Positions 45,445-55,739 are shown, numbered from the stretch's first letter. The stretch is 64,000 bases of DNA from Candidatus Bathyarchaeota archaeon (GCA_963702095.1 OY969706.1:1024001-1088000); one strand, 5' to 3'. Notes: generated by a model not told the origin, from the sequence alone. Program-made: numbers and translations.

Positions 45445-46257
45445 TCAGGTGAACTCTTTCCTCTCGAACAGCAACAATCCTAAAACTGTAGTTATGACAA
45501 AGTAGAGTCCTATTATTGCTAAGCCTTCTGGAACTGTTGCACTATAGTTCGTGACTTGGAGATCCGTTTTTGCCAAAATCCCTACACTTTCATGAGGTGG
45601 ATAAGGCACCATCAATATGTTTCCGACTATTTGAGCTGCATAGTTCAGAATGAACCAGGGTTCAAGTGGAATCAGCCCTGAGATATTAACGATAAGGGTA
45701 AAAACTATCAGAAGTAGCATAGAGTTGACGAAGACGGCGTTAGTGCTGTTCTTGAAGAGTGCGCTAATTAAGAAAACGAACCCTATGACGGCTGCAAGGA
45801 AAAGCCAAGCAAAAAGTATAGACAAGCCGAATCCTGAAGGAATATTTCCATAGTAAAATCCTACGGCTAAGGTTATTGTTGTAAAGATGGCGATCATTAT
45901 AGAGGAAGCTGCAAAAGCAGACAGCCACTTGCCTATGTATACTGTTGATCTCCGGATAGGGTTTGGAATGCTGAAGTAACCTGTTTTGTTTTGGAACTCG
46001 CCTGAAATTGCATCCCCTCCAAAGAATATTCCCGAGAAAATGGCTACCATTGGTGCTAGCGTGCCCCATAGGAAGTAAATTGAGAGGTTGGTATATACCG
46101 CTACTACTGTCAAGCCTATGCTTATGCCAAGTATGATTGATAGCGTCATTAAGAACCTTCGTGAACGTAGATAGTCAAGAAATGTATACTGCATAATGAT
46201 ACTTGCTTGGTTCAAGCTGTTTGGGATTGCAGTTTTTGTTTTGCTCATGCTTGTCAC
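45445..46257 (-). CDS. ABC-2 type transporter permease
   Basis: Six TM segments, DAISGEFQNKTG, PIRRSTVYIGK, terminal FERKE. Confidence 0.88.
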   Translation of the reverse strand: MTSMSKTKTAIPNSLNQASIIMQYTFLDYLRSRRFLMTLSIILGISIGLTVVAVYTNLSIYFLWGTLAPMVAIFSGIFFGGDAISGEFQNKTGYFSIPNPIRRSTVYIGKWLSAFAASSIMIAIFTTITLAVGFYYGNIPSGFGLSILFAWLFLAAVIGFVFLISALFKNSTNAVFVNSMLLLIVFTLIVNISGLIPLEPWFILNYAAQIVGNILMVPYPPHESVGILAKTDLQVTNYSATVPEGLAIIGLYFVITTVLGLLLFERKEFT

Positions 46258-47201
46258 TTCGTATCCTTAATTAATTTTAGATAAATTTCCTCCAATTCAG
46301 AGGATGCTGGCTTATAGCTGGTCACATCTATGTTCAGATGCACTAAATCACGTAGAAGCTGGCTTTGCGCAGCTAAGCTTCCATTGATAGCAATCTTGAG
46401 CTTTGTATCATCTATTTTTTCTGCCCTTACGACGTTGTGGAGGTTAGCAATTGTTTTAGTCACCATTTTGCTATCGATGGGGCTTTGTAATCCAACTTCT
46501 ATGACGTTATTTTCTCCAGAGAATTTGGCGGTTAGGTTGGATAGTGAGTCATAAACAATCAGTTTGCCGTGATCGATCATTGCGACTTCATCGCAGATTT
46601 CGGCAACCTCGCTTAGAATGTGACTGCTCATGAAGATCAGGCGGTCTTGTCCCTTTAGTGACTTTATGATTTCTCTTATTTCGCAGACTCCTCTGGGGTC
46701 TAATCCTACGGTTGGTTCGTCAAGAAGAATCACTGTGGGATTACTTAGAAGTACGGAAGCTAGACAGATTCTTTGTTTCATGCCTTTCGAGAATTTGCCA
46801 ACACGTTTATCTATCCATTCAGTCATTTTGACATTTGCGACGACGTCCTCTATTTTGTTCCTACGCTCATCTGTCGGCACTCCTCTGATTTTTGCTATCA
46901 TGCTGAGGGCTTCTCGGGGAGTTAATGAGGAGTAGATCTCTGGTGTTTCAATTAGGCTGCCAACAGAAGCCAAAGCTTCTTTCTTGTGAGTGTGAACATT
47001 TAAACCGTTTATCAACGCGCTCCCAGATGAGGGCTTTATTAAGTCTGTGAGCATTTTGAGAGTGGTTGTTTTTCCAGCGCCGTTAGGGCCTAAGAACCCA
47101 ACGCATTTTGCGCCTTCGATTTTTAAGTTCAGGTCGGAAACAGCAGGGAATGAATTGAATTTCTTAACGAGATTTAATGTCTCTATCGATGGTTTAGTCA
47201 A
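46254..47201 (-). CDS. ABC transporter ATP-binding protein (ABC-2/drug exporter type)
   Basis: GPNGAGKT, FSKGMKQR, LLDEPT, SSH. Confidence 0.93.
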   Translation of the reverse strand: MTKPSIETLNLVKKFNSFPAVSDLNLKIEGAKCVGFLGPNGAGKTTTLKMLTDLIKPSSGSALINGLNVHTHKKEALASVGSLIETPEIYSSLTPREALSMIAKIRGVPTDERRNKIEDVVANVKMTEWIDKRVGKFSKGMKQRICLASVLLSNPTVILLDEPTVGLDPRGVCEIREIIKSLKGQDRLIFMSSHILSEVAEICDEVAMIDHGKLIVYDSLSNLTAKFSGENNVIEVGLQSPIDSKMVTKTIANLHNVVRAEKIDDTKLKIAINGSLAAQSQLLRDLVHLNIDVTSYKPASSELEEIYLKLIKDTK

Positions 47202-47239
47202 AGTGACCGCCCTTTTCTCCTTTTTAGACTACAATTTAC

Positions 47240-47263
47240 TTATTTGACTACTTGGTCAAATAA
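47240..47263. promoter_or_regulatory. Putative TetR operator
   Basis: Perfect inverted repeat TTATTTGAC-N6-GTCAAATAA between the divergent tetR and ABC genes. Confidence 0.6.
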
Positions 47264-47345
47264 AAAATAGTTCATGTCCTAATAAAACTTGCCGTCGCAT
47301 AAGCAATTCTTAAATCGTGAAGAACAGTAGTATACGTTGGTCTTC

Positions 47346-47939
47346 ATGCCCAAAATGTTATTCGAATACAAAAAAGCCGCAATAGCAAAAATTGTCCAAA
47401 CAGCATTTGAAATCTTGGACACAAAAGGGCATCAAGACTTAACAATGGATGAAATCGCAAAAAGATTAGGAATTAGCAAGGGCGCACTATATTCATACTT
47501 CACAAGCAAAGAAGAAATCCTTAAAGAAATCTACAAGAGCGGACGCCAAATAGTCCAAAGAATTTTGCTTGAAGCCAGCGAATGTAATGACTTCAAACAA
47601 ACGATGGAGCTGATCTTTAAGCTTATGTCCGATAAATATGAAAAGCAAGTTCGAATCTATTTTGAGATTTTGGCTTTGGCCTTACATAATGAGGGCATAA
47701 GAAAAACGCTTAAGGAAGATTACGAGAAAGATTTTGATATGATGCACAGCTTCGTACAGCATTTAGTCGCTAAGAAGCAGATCAGAACGGATGTGAACTC
47801 AAGAACCTTGGCGCATGTCTTTCGATCACTTTGGATGGGTGCCTGTGAAAAATTGATTCTTGGGTACGATACTTCAGAAATCCATGAAAACTGGATAACA
47901 CAAACATCATTGATGATGCAAGAAATAGATAGCCCATAA
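47346..47939 (+). CDS. TetR/AcrR family regulator
   Basis: LTMDEIAKRLGISKGALYSYFTSKEEI. Confidence 0.93.
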   Translation: MPKMLFEYKKAAIAKIVQTAFEILDTKGHQDLTMDEIAKRLGISKGALYSYFTSKEEILKEIYKSGRQIVQRILLEASECNDFKQTMELIFKLMSDKYEKQVRIYFEILALALHNEGIRKTLKEDYEKDFDMMHSFVQHLVAKKQIRTDVNSRTLAHVFRSLWMGACEKLILGYDTSEIHENWITQTSLMMQEIDSP

Positions 47940-48029
47940 TATTCCAAACTGGTGATTATCCTGTCAGCCATAGTAGCGCTACTAACGGCTTGTTGGTCCT
48001 ATCGGGGTATTAAAAGAAAAATAAAAAGA

Positions 48030-48107
48030 CCTTGGCTCAAAGCGAGTGGTTATGGGCGTCTTTTTCTTGCCTAAAGAGGCGGTGCTCCCAGAGTTTAGCG
48101 TGTAACG
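48030..48107 (+). repeat. Dispersed ~80-bp direct repeat, copy 1
   Basis: 28-bp exact core TCTTTTTCTTGCCTAAAGAGGCGGTGCT at 48059-48086 equals 52735-52762; flanks are similar. Confidence 0.8.
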
Positions 48108-48270
48108 ATTCTTGTCAGGGCAGGGTAATTAATCAACTGCGATGGCATTAACCAGAGCGCACTCTCATTTTCAAATACTGGCAAGATATTAAAAAAAGTC
48201 AAATTCGGGTGCATCATACACCTTAAAGAAAAACATTTACCGATAAGGATACTGCAAAGTGACGTATTTC

Positions 48271-48654
48271 TTATAGACATATTGATAAGGTGTCGATAAG
48301 CATTTGCAGGTTGGTTTCTGGGGCTGTTTGAAGATAATCGTTTAGGTCTTTTTTGTTAAGGGCTAGTGCTGCTTGTGCCCTGATGTTTAATTTATAGAGC
48401 GGTGAGAGAAAATGCGCTTTTGCTGGCCTTATTCCCTCCTTCTTTAGCCAGCCTTGTTGGCAGAGTGCTTTTACTCGTCTATCGACACTTTGCCGTTTGA
48501 CATTCCTGTATCCTTTGATGGCTCTAATTTTCAAGTACATGTCATAGCTTGTTAGAAGCTTATTAGAGAGAACCAGGAAGATTATGAGGTTCAGTTTGGC
48601 CTGTCGGCCACTGAAAACCGCTAATTCTGTGCCCTTGGCTCTCTTCCTTGTCAC
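48271..48654 (-). CDS. Winged-helix DNA-binding protein, copy B
   Basis: Paralog of 44889-45275 (shared RPAKAHFLSPLY, VKRQSVDRR). Confidence 0.75.
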   Translation of the reverse strand: MTRKRAKGTELAVFSGRQAKLNLIIFLVLSNKLLTSYDMYLKIRAIKGYRNVKRQSVDRRVKALCQQGWLKKEGIRPAKAHFLSPLYKLNIRAQAALALNKKDLNDYLQTAPETNLQMLIDTLSICL

Positions 48655-48661
48655 AGATGTC

Positions 48662-48721
48662 TACTCCCCAGACGGATAAGGGAGCAAAAAAGCCACTGAC
48701 CTTTGGCTTACCTTTCAGAGG
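48662..48721 (-). promoter_or_regulatory. Structured 5' leader of wHTH copy B
   Basis: Minus strand TGCTCCCT/GGGGAGTA stem with the same CCGTCT segment as copy A, and AAGCCA/TGGCTT second stem. Confidence 0.5.
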
Positions 48722-48824
48722 CACGCCTGCTCCTTTCATGGCATAAGAAAAATGGAAGTAGTGAGCGGATTACGCTTACTTATCCACTTGTATTGTGGAC
48801 TGATTTATTCGTCATTTATTACGG

Positions 48825-50063
48825 CTATTCGTATCTTAGTGCGTCTACTGGTTTTAGTTTGGATGCTCTCCATGCGGGATACAATGCAAAGATTACGCTG
48901 ACTCCGACGCCAAATCCAAAAGCGCCCGCCAGAACAGTGGACGTTAGAACCGGCGTTATAGCTAAGCCTCCCGTCTGCGTTTGACTAAGCACCGCCAGAA
49001 TCACATTAGCCATTCCCCAACCAATCGCTATGCCCGTGATTGCGCCGATTAATCCGATAATCACTGACTCGCCCAAGAAGATGGTAAGTACCGTATGGCT
49101 CTTCATGCCCAATGCCTTTAGAATACCAATCTCACGGGTGCGCTCAATCAATGACACAATCATTATGTTCATTATTCCAATGCCCGCTACGAGCAATGAA
49201 ATCGCTGCAATTCCTCCAAGGAAAAGCGAATTGGTTTGGAACACAGAGTTCAAGGTATCTGTTACACTGCTGGGAGTAATGACAGTTACTTGGTTGTCAA
49301 AGTGGTTTTGAATAGTCTTTGAAGCCTCTGTAATCGTTGCGTTGTCGGCGCTGTTTAACCTGACAATTATGGCGTATGCTACGTCGGTGTCAAAGAAGCT
49401 CTGTGCTTTCTCAATTGGGATATAGACACCTAAATCGTTGGGTCCACCAATACCAAGGACGCCCACTGTTGGAAGCACAGCAGCCACACGCGCAACATAG
49501 GTTTCGTTCTTGAATGGGTAAGTGGTTGCGTTAACCCAGACTATGCTGACTTTGTCGCCTGCTTCAAGAAATTTTGTGCCGTTTTGGTTGGGATCACTAA
49601 CCCTTGCACCCACAATTATTGCGTTCTCGTCTCCATTGGCTGGGAAGGTTCCGCTGGCGGCAGCGAAGGTTTTGCTGTAGATGCTCTGGTACTCAGTGAA
49701 GTTTAAGCCCACTATGCCTGGTGCTAAATGTGTGACGCCGCCGTTTTGGATGTAACCTATCTGATTGATAGCAGGTGTAGCGGAAATGATTGTTGGTGAG
49801 AGCGATTTTATTTCGTCAGTATAGTTCAGGTACAGCTTAAACGATGAAGAGGCAGTTGCAGTGTTGGGCATTACTATTACTGTGTCAGCTGCAAATCCGC
49901 CCTCAAGTTGTCCTGTCAAGGTAGTTTGTAAGCCCTGCGTGATTGACATCAACGCGACTATGGCTGCTATGCCAATTACCACGCCCAAAGTGGTTAAGGC
50001 AGCACGGAATTTTCGAAGCTTTATGGCACTTAAAGAATAACCCAATACATCAAGCGGATTCAT
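48825..50063 (-). CDS. MacB/FtsX-family ABC transporter permease
   Basis: RAALTTLGVVIGIAA, GIGIMNIM..ERTREIGILKALG, YPAWRASKLKPVDALRYE. Confidence 0.93.
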   Translation of the reverse strand: MNPLDVLGYSLSAIKLRKFRAALTTLGVVIGIAAIVALMSITQGLQTTLTGQLEGGFAADTVIVMPNTATASSSFKLYLNYTDEIKSLSPTIISATPAINQIGYIQNGGVTHLAPGIVGLNFTEYQSIYSKTFAAASGTFPANGDENAIIVGARVSDPNQNGTKFLEAGDKVSIVWVNATTYPFKNETYVARVAAVLPTVGVLGIGGPNDLGVYIPIEKAQSFFDTDVAYAIIVRLNSADNATITEASKTIQNHFDNQVTVITPSSVTDTLNSVFQTNSLFLGGIAAISLLVAGIGIMNIMIVSLIERTREIGILKALGMKSHTVLTIFLGESVIIGLIGAITGIAIGWGMANVILAVLSQTQTGGLAITPVLTSTVLAGAFGFGVGVSVIFALYPAWRASKLKPVDALRYE

Positions 50064-50780
50064 TTAGTTCACCTCGTCAGAGATGATGTTACCGTCAAAC
50101 ACTTGCACTGTGCGCTTAGCGAGTTTGGCGACGTTTTGGTCGTGGGTTACCATAATGATGGTTACTCCGTCGGCGCTGAGCTTCTTGATTAAAGCAATAA
50201 TCTCTTGTGCGGTTTTTGAATCGATATTCCCTGTCGGTTCATCTAATAGTAAGAAGCGGGGGTTGTTTGCCAAGGCGCGAGCAATGGCGACGCGTTGTTG
50301 TTGCCCTCCGCTGAGTTCTGCGGGTTTATGGTTCATTCGGCTCTTCAAGCCAACCATCTCTAAAAGTTCTGCAACTCGAATATCCCGCTGCGCTTTATCT
50401 GCACCTGCTATTATCATAGCTAATTCGACGTTAGCTTTAGCGGTCAATCTTGGGATGAGATTGAAGAATTGGAAGACGAAGCCGATGCGACTTCTTACTT
50501 CGGTGAGTTGGTTGTCGTTTAGGGTTGATACGTCGGTGGATTGGATGAAGAGTTTGCCTGTTGTGGGTTTATCCAGTGCTCCGATCATGTTGAGAAGAGT
50601 TGATTTGCCGCTTCCCGAGGGCCCTAAAATGGCGAGAAACTCGCCTGACTTGACTGTTAGGTTGACGCCTCGGAGGGCTTCAACGGGTATTTTGCCTAAC
50701 AAGTAGGTTTTTTTGAGGTTTACTGCTTCTACGACGGTTGACATGGATATTCGACCTTGCATGCCTAAGCCTTGGCGCAT
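50064..50780 (-). CDS. LolD/MacB-type ABC ATP-binding protein
   Basis: GPSGSGKS, LSGGQQQR, LLDEPTGN, VTHD; start may be ATG 50744. Confidence 0.93.
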   Translation of the reverse strand: MRQGLGMQGRISMSTVVEAVNLKKTYLLGKIPVEALRGVNLTVKSGEFLAILGPSGSGKSTLLNMIGALDKPTTGKLFIQSTDVSTLNDNQLTEVRSRIGFVFQFFNLIPRLTAKANVELAMIIAGADKAQRDIRVAELLEMVGLKSRMNHKPAELSGGQQQRVAIARALANNPRFLLLDEPTGNIDSKTAQEIIALIKKLSADGVTIIMVTHDQNVAKLAKRTVQVFDGNIISDEVN

Positions 50781-50793
50781 CCATCTAATAAAG

Positions 50794-50812
50794 CTATGTC
50801 AATAAGACATAG
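50794..50812. promoter_or_regulatory. Putative PadR operator
   Basis: Inverted repeat CTATGTC-N5-GACATAG just upstream of the ABC operon; contains ATGT..ACAT half-sites as in known PadR operators. Confidence 0.5.
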
Positions 50813-50834
50813 TTCTTTACGACGTAGTACGCCA

Positions 50835-51368
50835 CTACATTTCCATCATTCGCTTATACAAATCAACCGTTCCCTTAAGCATCAAAACAGCGTACTCAAG
50901 CAAAGCCAAATTAAACTTATCTAAAATCGCAGAATACTTCTCCAGCTTACCAACATTCTCATCATAACGTGCCAAAGCAAAAGCATAGTACGGCTCGATT
51001 ATCTTCTGGCGCTCCTCCTTTGTAATCAAATTAAAAAAGACAATGTGCACCGTAAGTTCATCAGTGTAGGTACTCTGCACTTGACCCGTCAAGCGTATTG
51101 GAGTCGCGGTGAGTTCTTTAACGTGTTTTAGACCGGATTCGGTGAGCCAGTAAACCTTTCGGTTTGGAGCATTGGGTTGCGATTCCACCCTGCATTTAAT
51201 ATAGTCCTCATTTTGGAATTGAGCCAAACGTGGATAAATCACGCTATTGCTTAAGTTAGGGTATAGTGACCCGAACATGTCAGTAATCCGCTTCTTTAAT
51301 TCATAACCGTGCGCTGGACCCAACACTAACGCGCCAAGCACCATCAGGTCAATTTCGTTCTTACCCAT
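50835..51368 (-). CDS. PadR family regulator
   Basis: GPAHGYELKK, VIYPRL, PNRKVYWLTESG. Confidence 0.9.
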   Translation of the reverse strand: MGKNEIDLMVLGALVLGPAHGYELKKRITDMFGSLYPNLSNSVIYPRLAQFQNEDYIKCRVESQPNAPNRKVYWLTESGLKHVKELTATPIRLTGQVQSTYTDELTVHIVFFNLITKEERQKIIEPYYAFALARYDENVGKLEKYSAILDKFNLALLEYAVLMLKGTVDLYKRMMEM

Positions 51369-51554
51369 CTGAAGCAACCCAAGGTAACATAGAGCACTTA
51401 AGGTAATAAATTCAAGCATTCTTATACATGACTAACAGGTGAGCCACTTACTTCTCTTTTACAAAACTAAATGGTGAAACCTTAAACCTTTACATGGCAG
51501 GGGGCATACAAAAGCACGTTTTCGTATATCGGCAAGCTATTTAAATACCGTTAA

Positions 51555-51572
51555 TTACCGATATATCGGTAA
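51555..51572. repeat. Perfect 18-bp palindrome TTACCGATATATCGGTAA
   Basis: Read directly; related half-sites nearby. Confidence 0.7.
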
Positions 51573-51677
51573 ATAGCCGTGAGAAAAACACTTACCGACA
51601 TCAGGGCGAAAAACATGAAAAACAGATTAACCTTCCATGTGCTCGCACAACTTATCAAGCAGTCTGAATGCTAATGC

Positions 51678-52175
51678 TCAAATTTTTTCTATGACGTTAT
51701 ATTCAACTTCTTTGATGAACGGTTTAAGCGCTTTTAGTAGTCCTTTATCTAATGTTGCAACAAAGACTTTTTCCTTAACTTCATCATAGAGTTGAATAAC
51801 AAGCGCTATGAGTTCGGGGTCGCCCTTTTTCACCGCGTATTCTGGTCTCGCGTCTAGCTTGCTCAAGTGTTTTCTAACGTTATCCATCACTTTCGAGTAT
51901 TTTCTATAGTTCACTGCTTCCACTTGGATAAGACCTTGCTCAACTGCAGCGCTGATTCTTTCCACAGAATCGAGTATTCGGTTTGCCGCCTCGGGAGATG
52001 TTTCTTGGATTTCTTCTGCGAACTCTTTGGGGTCATCAACAACTTCCTGCGCTATCGCTTTTGGGATTATGACTTTAAAGTTTTCTTTCTTTTTCTGCCG
52101 CAAGAAATCCTCTAGTTTCCCTTTTCTATCATAGAATATGAGAATTGATGAGTCTACGACAAGATAGTTAGGCAT
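51678..52175 (-). CDS. PIN-domain (VapC-like) toxin
   Basis: VVDSSILI, IPKAIAQEV, GDPELIAL, ATLDKGL. Confidence 0.75.
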   Translation of the reverse strand: MPNYLVVDSSILIFYDRKGKLEDFLRQKKKENFKVIIPKAIAQEVVDDPKEFAEEIQETSPEAANRILDSVERISAAVEQGLIQVEAVNYRKYSKVMDNVRKHLSKLDARPEYAVKKGDPELIALVIQLYDEVKEKVFVATLDKGLLKALKPFIKEVEYNVIEKI

Positions 52176-52617
52176 CGATGGCGCCAGCTTCATCTAGAAG
52201 TGAGACAAACTCATAGTAGCTTATTCCTATTGTGGCGGCTGCTTGTCTAAAAGTCATCTTTTCAGCTTTTACCTTGGCGGCAACTTTGTTAAACTTCTCC
52301 ACTCCCTCAGCCCCAAATCGGCCTTTGTAGAGGTCCATCATTGTTTGTTCCTCGAATGCCTCCATTAACTTCTGGGGTGAAACTTCAAGCTTGAAATCAC
52401 CAGCAAAATACACTCTTGTGTTGCCTTTGGCTTCGCTCTCTACGGCGCTGGCAGCTTCAAGCTCTCGCAGATACTTGTAAACGGTTGGCAGCGGATAGCC
52501 TAAGTGTTTTCCAATGCCTTCCGCAGTCTCGCCCCTGTGCTTTGCTAAGTGCGCGATTATCTTTGCTTTGTTCGGATTCCCTATCGCTCGGAGAATCGAA
52601 ACTGTTTTCTCAGCCAT
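52168..52617 (-). CDS. ArsR-like HTH fused to UPF0175-like antitoxin module
   Basis: ILRAIGNPNK..LPTVYKYLRELE; C-terminal MTFRQAAATIGISYYEFVSLL; overlaps the PIN gene. Confidence 0.7.
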   Translation of the reverse strand: MAEKTVSILRAIGNPNKAKIIAHLAKHRGETAEGIGKHLGYPLPTVYKYLRELEAASAVESEAKGNTRVYFAGDFKLEVSPQKLMEAFEEQTMMDLYKGRFGAEGVEKFNKVAAKVKAEKMTFRQAAATIGISYYEFVSLLDEAGAIDA

Positions 52618-52705
52618 AAAGGTCAGTTAATAAAATATATAATGCCAACTATAAACATTGTGGACTAATATTAGGACCCACCGACTAAGCAAAATGAAAA
52701 TAGAA

Positions 52706-52785
52706 CTTGGCTACAAAGCATGAGGCTATGGAAATCTTTTTCTTGCCTAAAGAGGCGGTGCTTCTGGAGTTTAAGCGTGTAAACG
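52706..52785 (+). repeat. Dispersed ~80-bp direct repeat, copy 2
   Basis: Core 52735-52762 identical to 48059-48086. Confidence 0.8.
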
Positions 52786-52947
52786 GTTTTGAGACTTTGT
52801 ATGTCAATATGAGGTTTCAGATCAGCGCTACCGATGGCAACCGCTTGCGTTTAATTTCACCGTGTGAATTGCTATCATTTTTTGAGTCAGGAGTTAAAAG
52901 CCTTTGTTCAACTTGTAGGTTTTTGATTAATTATGGCTACCAACATT

Positions 52948-55662
52948 CTAAAGGTCATCAGGGTCTATGCCGTGCAAAGTTTTGTTGGATTTAAACAACT
53001 CAATTATTCTTTCAGCTGTAAGTTTACCCTGCCAAAATTGAACAATCATGTCACCGATAATAGGCGCTGAAATCAGGGTCACCTTGGAACTAATTGCATT
53101 ATCCTTTGCAACATCAGCAAAATCTGGATAACCCAAAGTCATGTTCACTACAGGTTTGTATTTAGCCCCTTTACCAAGAACTTCCTCCGCTTCAATAGCC
53201 GAGACCCGCCCAATTTCTTTTCGTTTTACTTCAATTGCAATTAAGCCTTCTGGAATAGTAATCAAAATGTCTGGACTGTGCTGGTCTTTATCCCCCACAA
53301 ATTCAGACTTGATACCAAACTCAGCAGTAAACACCTGTGCCAAGTGCCTTGCTAAGTCGTCGCCGTGAGTTTCATAAAGCCCATCGATTGCACCCGTTTC
53401 TTTTCCCATCTTCTTTGCTAGCCTAATTTGACTGGACCTCTTTCTTTGGGCTTCGTTTTTGATATACGCTTCAACTGACTCTTTTATTCGCAATGCCAGA
53501 GAGTCTCCGATATCAGAAACTTTTGCCAACTCGTCAATGCTGGCTTTAAGAATATTATCGATGTCAACGAATCCTGCTTTTACCAGATTCATTGCCCGCC
53601 TTCTATGTATGCCTTGAATTCTTAACCTAATTATCGGAAGTGCTTCTTTGGGTACACCAAAATAAATGCGCTCTGACAAGTCGTATAGGAATTTGACGAA
53701 ATCATCGTCAAAATTGAAAAGAGGTTTCTCTGCTAAGCGCGCAAGACCATGAAGTATCCATTGGATATTGTCAGCCACCCTGTGAATTACACCTGGCGGT
53801 GCATATTGGCTTAATTCAATGTATTGTGCTCCCTCTGTCCATCTTAAAAGCATTCGAGTTGTCCTTAGACTTGCTAAGAAGATGTCAGGGGAGGGTTTGT
53901 ATATGAAAGCATCTTTATGCATAAACCAAATTGCTTGTAATTCTTGTGTTTCCGCTTGGCTTTTGGGGGGATAAACCCTTTCAGCGCCATTGGTGCAACA
54001 ACAGAGATGAATAATTCCCTCAGTGATTAATTCGTAGTTACCCTTGGAAAATTTAGCTTCATTGGCTTGAAGTACGGTTTTAAGAAGGATTATTGCTTTT
54101 GGGGTAAGTAGCTCTTCTGCACATCGTAAGCCTAGTTCAGTTGCCTCTAACTTTCCATTTTCTTTTACTAAGCCACCATTTTTGAGTACGCCTATTTCTT
54201 TTTCTATCATTTCTACGATTTCTTTTTTGTAAGTCTCTGGCTTATCGATAGAATATTGAAAACCGAAAAGTGTGTTTTGGAGACAGAAACTTAATTCGTC
54301 TGTGTTAGAGCAAGTTTTAGAGCTTATTAGTTGTAATAACGAGCAGTCTAAGCCTTCACATTTCGAAATTTGAGAGGTAATCCTTTCAGGTTTCGTATTT
54401 ACGTAGTTATCCCAAAAGTATTCTAAAGTTCTCTCATCAGACGCCAACAAAATTGATCTGCCAAACTGGTCGGGTCCCCTTAATCGTCCAGCTCTTCCTG
54501 AAATATTTTTGTAACTTGACACTGAGAGTGGTTGACCATCATAATATCGGGTGAAAAGAATGACAGCATTTTTTGCTGGTGTATTGACTCCAGCAGAAAG
54601 TGTTGGTGTGGTGCAAATTATTCGGATATTTCCATTCTTAAATTCTTTCTCGACGAACCTACGTTCATCAGCTAGCAAACCTGAATGATGGAAAGATACG
54701 CCATGTGGAACAGACTTTTTGAGTTTGGCAGTGGTAGGTGTTGCCTCTAACAGCTCATCGAGTTTCTCCAATTCACGCTCAAGTTGAGGAAGTATCGGCA
54801 TCTCTTTTGCCAAACCTTCAGCAAGTTCCTCTGCCTTAAGTTGTGTGTTAACAAAAACTAAGCATTGTTCTGTTTTGCTTGTTTGGACTATTTCCCCGTA
54901 TGTCTGTATCATTAAACCTTTTTCAATTCCGACATTCCCAGAATTGAATTCTCTATATAGGAAATCTCTATTATTGAGGGCTTGCCCATGAAACTTAATA
55001 GGAGCTGTTCCTGAGTAGAAAATGCCTTCTCTAAGTTCAACATCCCTCTCTTGAATGTTTATAAGACCACAGCTGAGCCATTTTGCAAGAATATCAGCAT
55101 TTGTGATAGTAGCGGAAAGTCCAATAATTTGAATATCTTTGGTAAAGAAGATTAACCGTGTAAGTAACATTTCAAGGGAAATCCCACGAGTATTATCGCC
55201 TATATGCTGTATTTCGTCGATTACAACTAAGCCTATATTGTCCAGAATCTTGGGTCTTTTTACTATTAATGAGTTAAGCTTTTCATATGTTGCAATTATT
55301 ACGTCAAAGGATAGCAACTCATTATCAAATTCATAATGATCAGATGTGGAAATAGCGGTTTTTAGTCCCCAGGTGCCGTATTTTTCTTCAAAGTCTTTGT
55401 ACATTTGTTCGGCTAACGCTCGTAGAGGAACTAAAAAGAAGCTTTTTTTATCTTGTTTTTTTGAAGCGTTTAGAGCTGCAAGTTCGCCTATGAAGGTCTT
55501 ACCAGTATTTGTTGGAGCACTTACAAGAAGGTTCTTGCCTTCAAAAAGACCTGATTGAACTGCCGCTTCTTGTGCTTTTGTAAGACTTTCAAAGCATAGT
55601 TCTTTAAGCCGGTCAATGATCGTCTGACTTAGGCCAAACCCTGCGAGCTCATCAATACGCAT
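52948..55662 (-). CDS. Ski2/Hel308-like helicase with HhH and C-terminal PD-(D/E)xK nuclease-like domain
   Basis: APTNTGKT, DEIQ, LSAT, FHHSGL, TPTLSAGVNTP, GRAGR, ATELG, GIHRRRA; tail SPDIL...IEVKRK. Confidence 0.85.
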   Translation of the reverse strand: MRIDELAGFGLSQTIIDRLKELCFESLTKAQEAAVQSGLFEGKNLLVSAPTNTGKTFIGELAALNASKKQDKKSFFLVPLRALAEQMYKDFEEKYGTWGLKTAISTSDHYEFDNELLSFDVIIATYEKLNSLIVKRPKILDNIGLVVIDEIQHIGDNTRGISLEMLLTRLIFFTKDIQIIGLSATITNADILAKWLSCGLINIQERDVELREGIFYSGTAPIKFHGQALNNRDFLYREFNSGNVGIEKGLMIQTYGEIVQTSKTEQCLVFVNTQLKAEELAEGLAKEMPILPQLERELEKLDELLEATPTTAKLKKSVPHGVSFHHSGLLADERRFVEKEFKNGNIRIICTTPTLSAGVNTPAKNAVILFTRYYDGQPLSVSSYKNISGRAGRLRGPDQFGRSILLASDERTLEYFWDNYVNTKPERITSQISKCEGLDCSLLQLISSKTCSNTDELSFCLQNTLFGFQYSIDKPETYKKEIVEMIEKEIGVLKNGGLVKENGKLEATELGLRCAEELLTPKAIILLKTVLQANEAKFSKGNYELITEGIIHLCCCTNGAERVYPPKSQAETQELQAIWFMHKDAFIYKPSPDIFLASLRTTRMLLRWTEGAQYIELSQYAPPGVIHRVADNIQWILHGLARLAEKPLFNFDDDFVKFLYDLSERIYFGVPKEALPIIRLRIQGIHRRRAMNLVKAGFVDIDNILKASIDELAKVSDIGDSLALRIKESVEAYIKNEAQRKRSSQIRLAKKMGKETGAIDGLYETHGDDLARHLAQVFTAEFGIKSEFVGDKDQHSPDILITIPEGLIAIEVKRKEIGRVSAIEAEEVLGKGAKYKPVVNMTLGYPDFADVAKDNAISSKVTLISAPIIGDMIVQFWQGKLTAERIIELFKSNKTLHGIDPDDL

Positions 55663-55739
55663 TCTGTTTACCTAATGAATGCTTATTGCTAGCGTCAATA
55701 TATAAGCTAACTCGCTATTCATGGTTCGACAAGGTATTA

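Noticed and set aside
50083-50706. 207-aa antisense ORF (and similar shadow ORFs across the window)
   Set aside because: Typical antisense shadow of an ABC ATPase; the real gene is on the other strand.
52707-52994. 95-aa plus-strand ORF
   Set aside because: Built over the non-coding repeat, whose other copy does not keep this frame; overlaps the helicase end.
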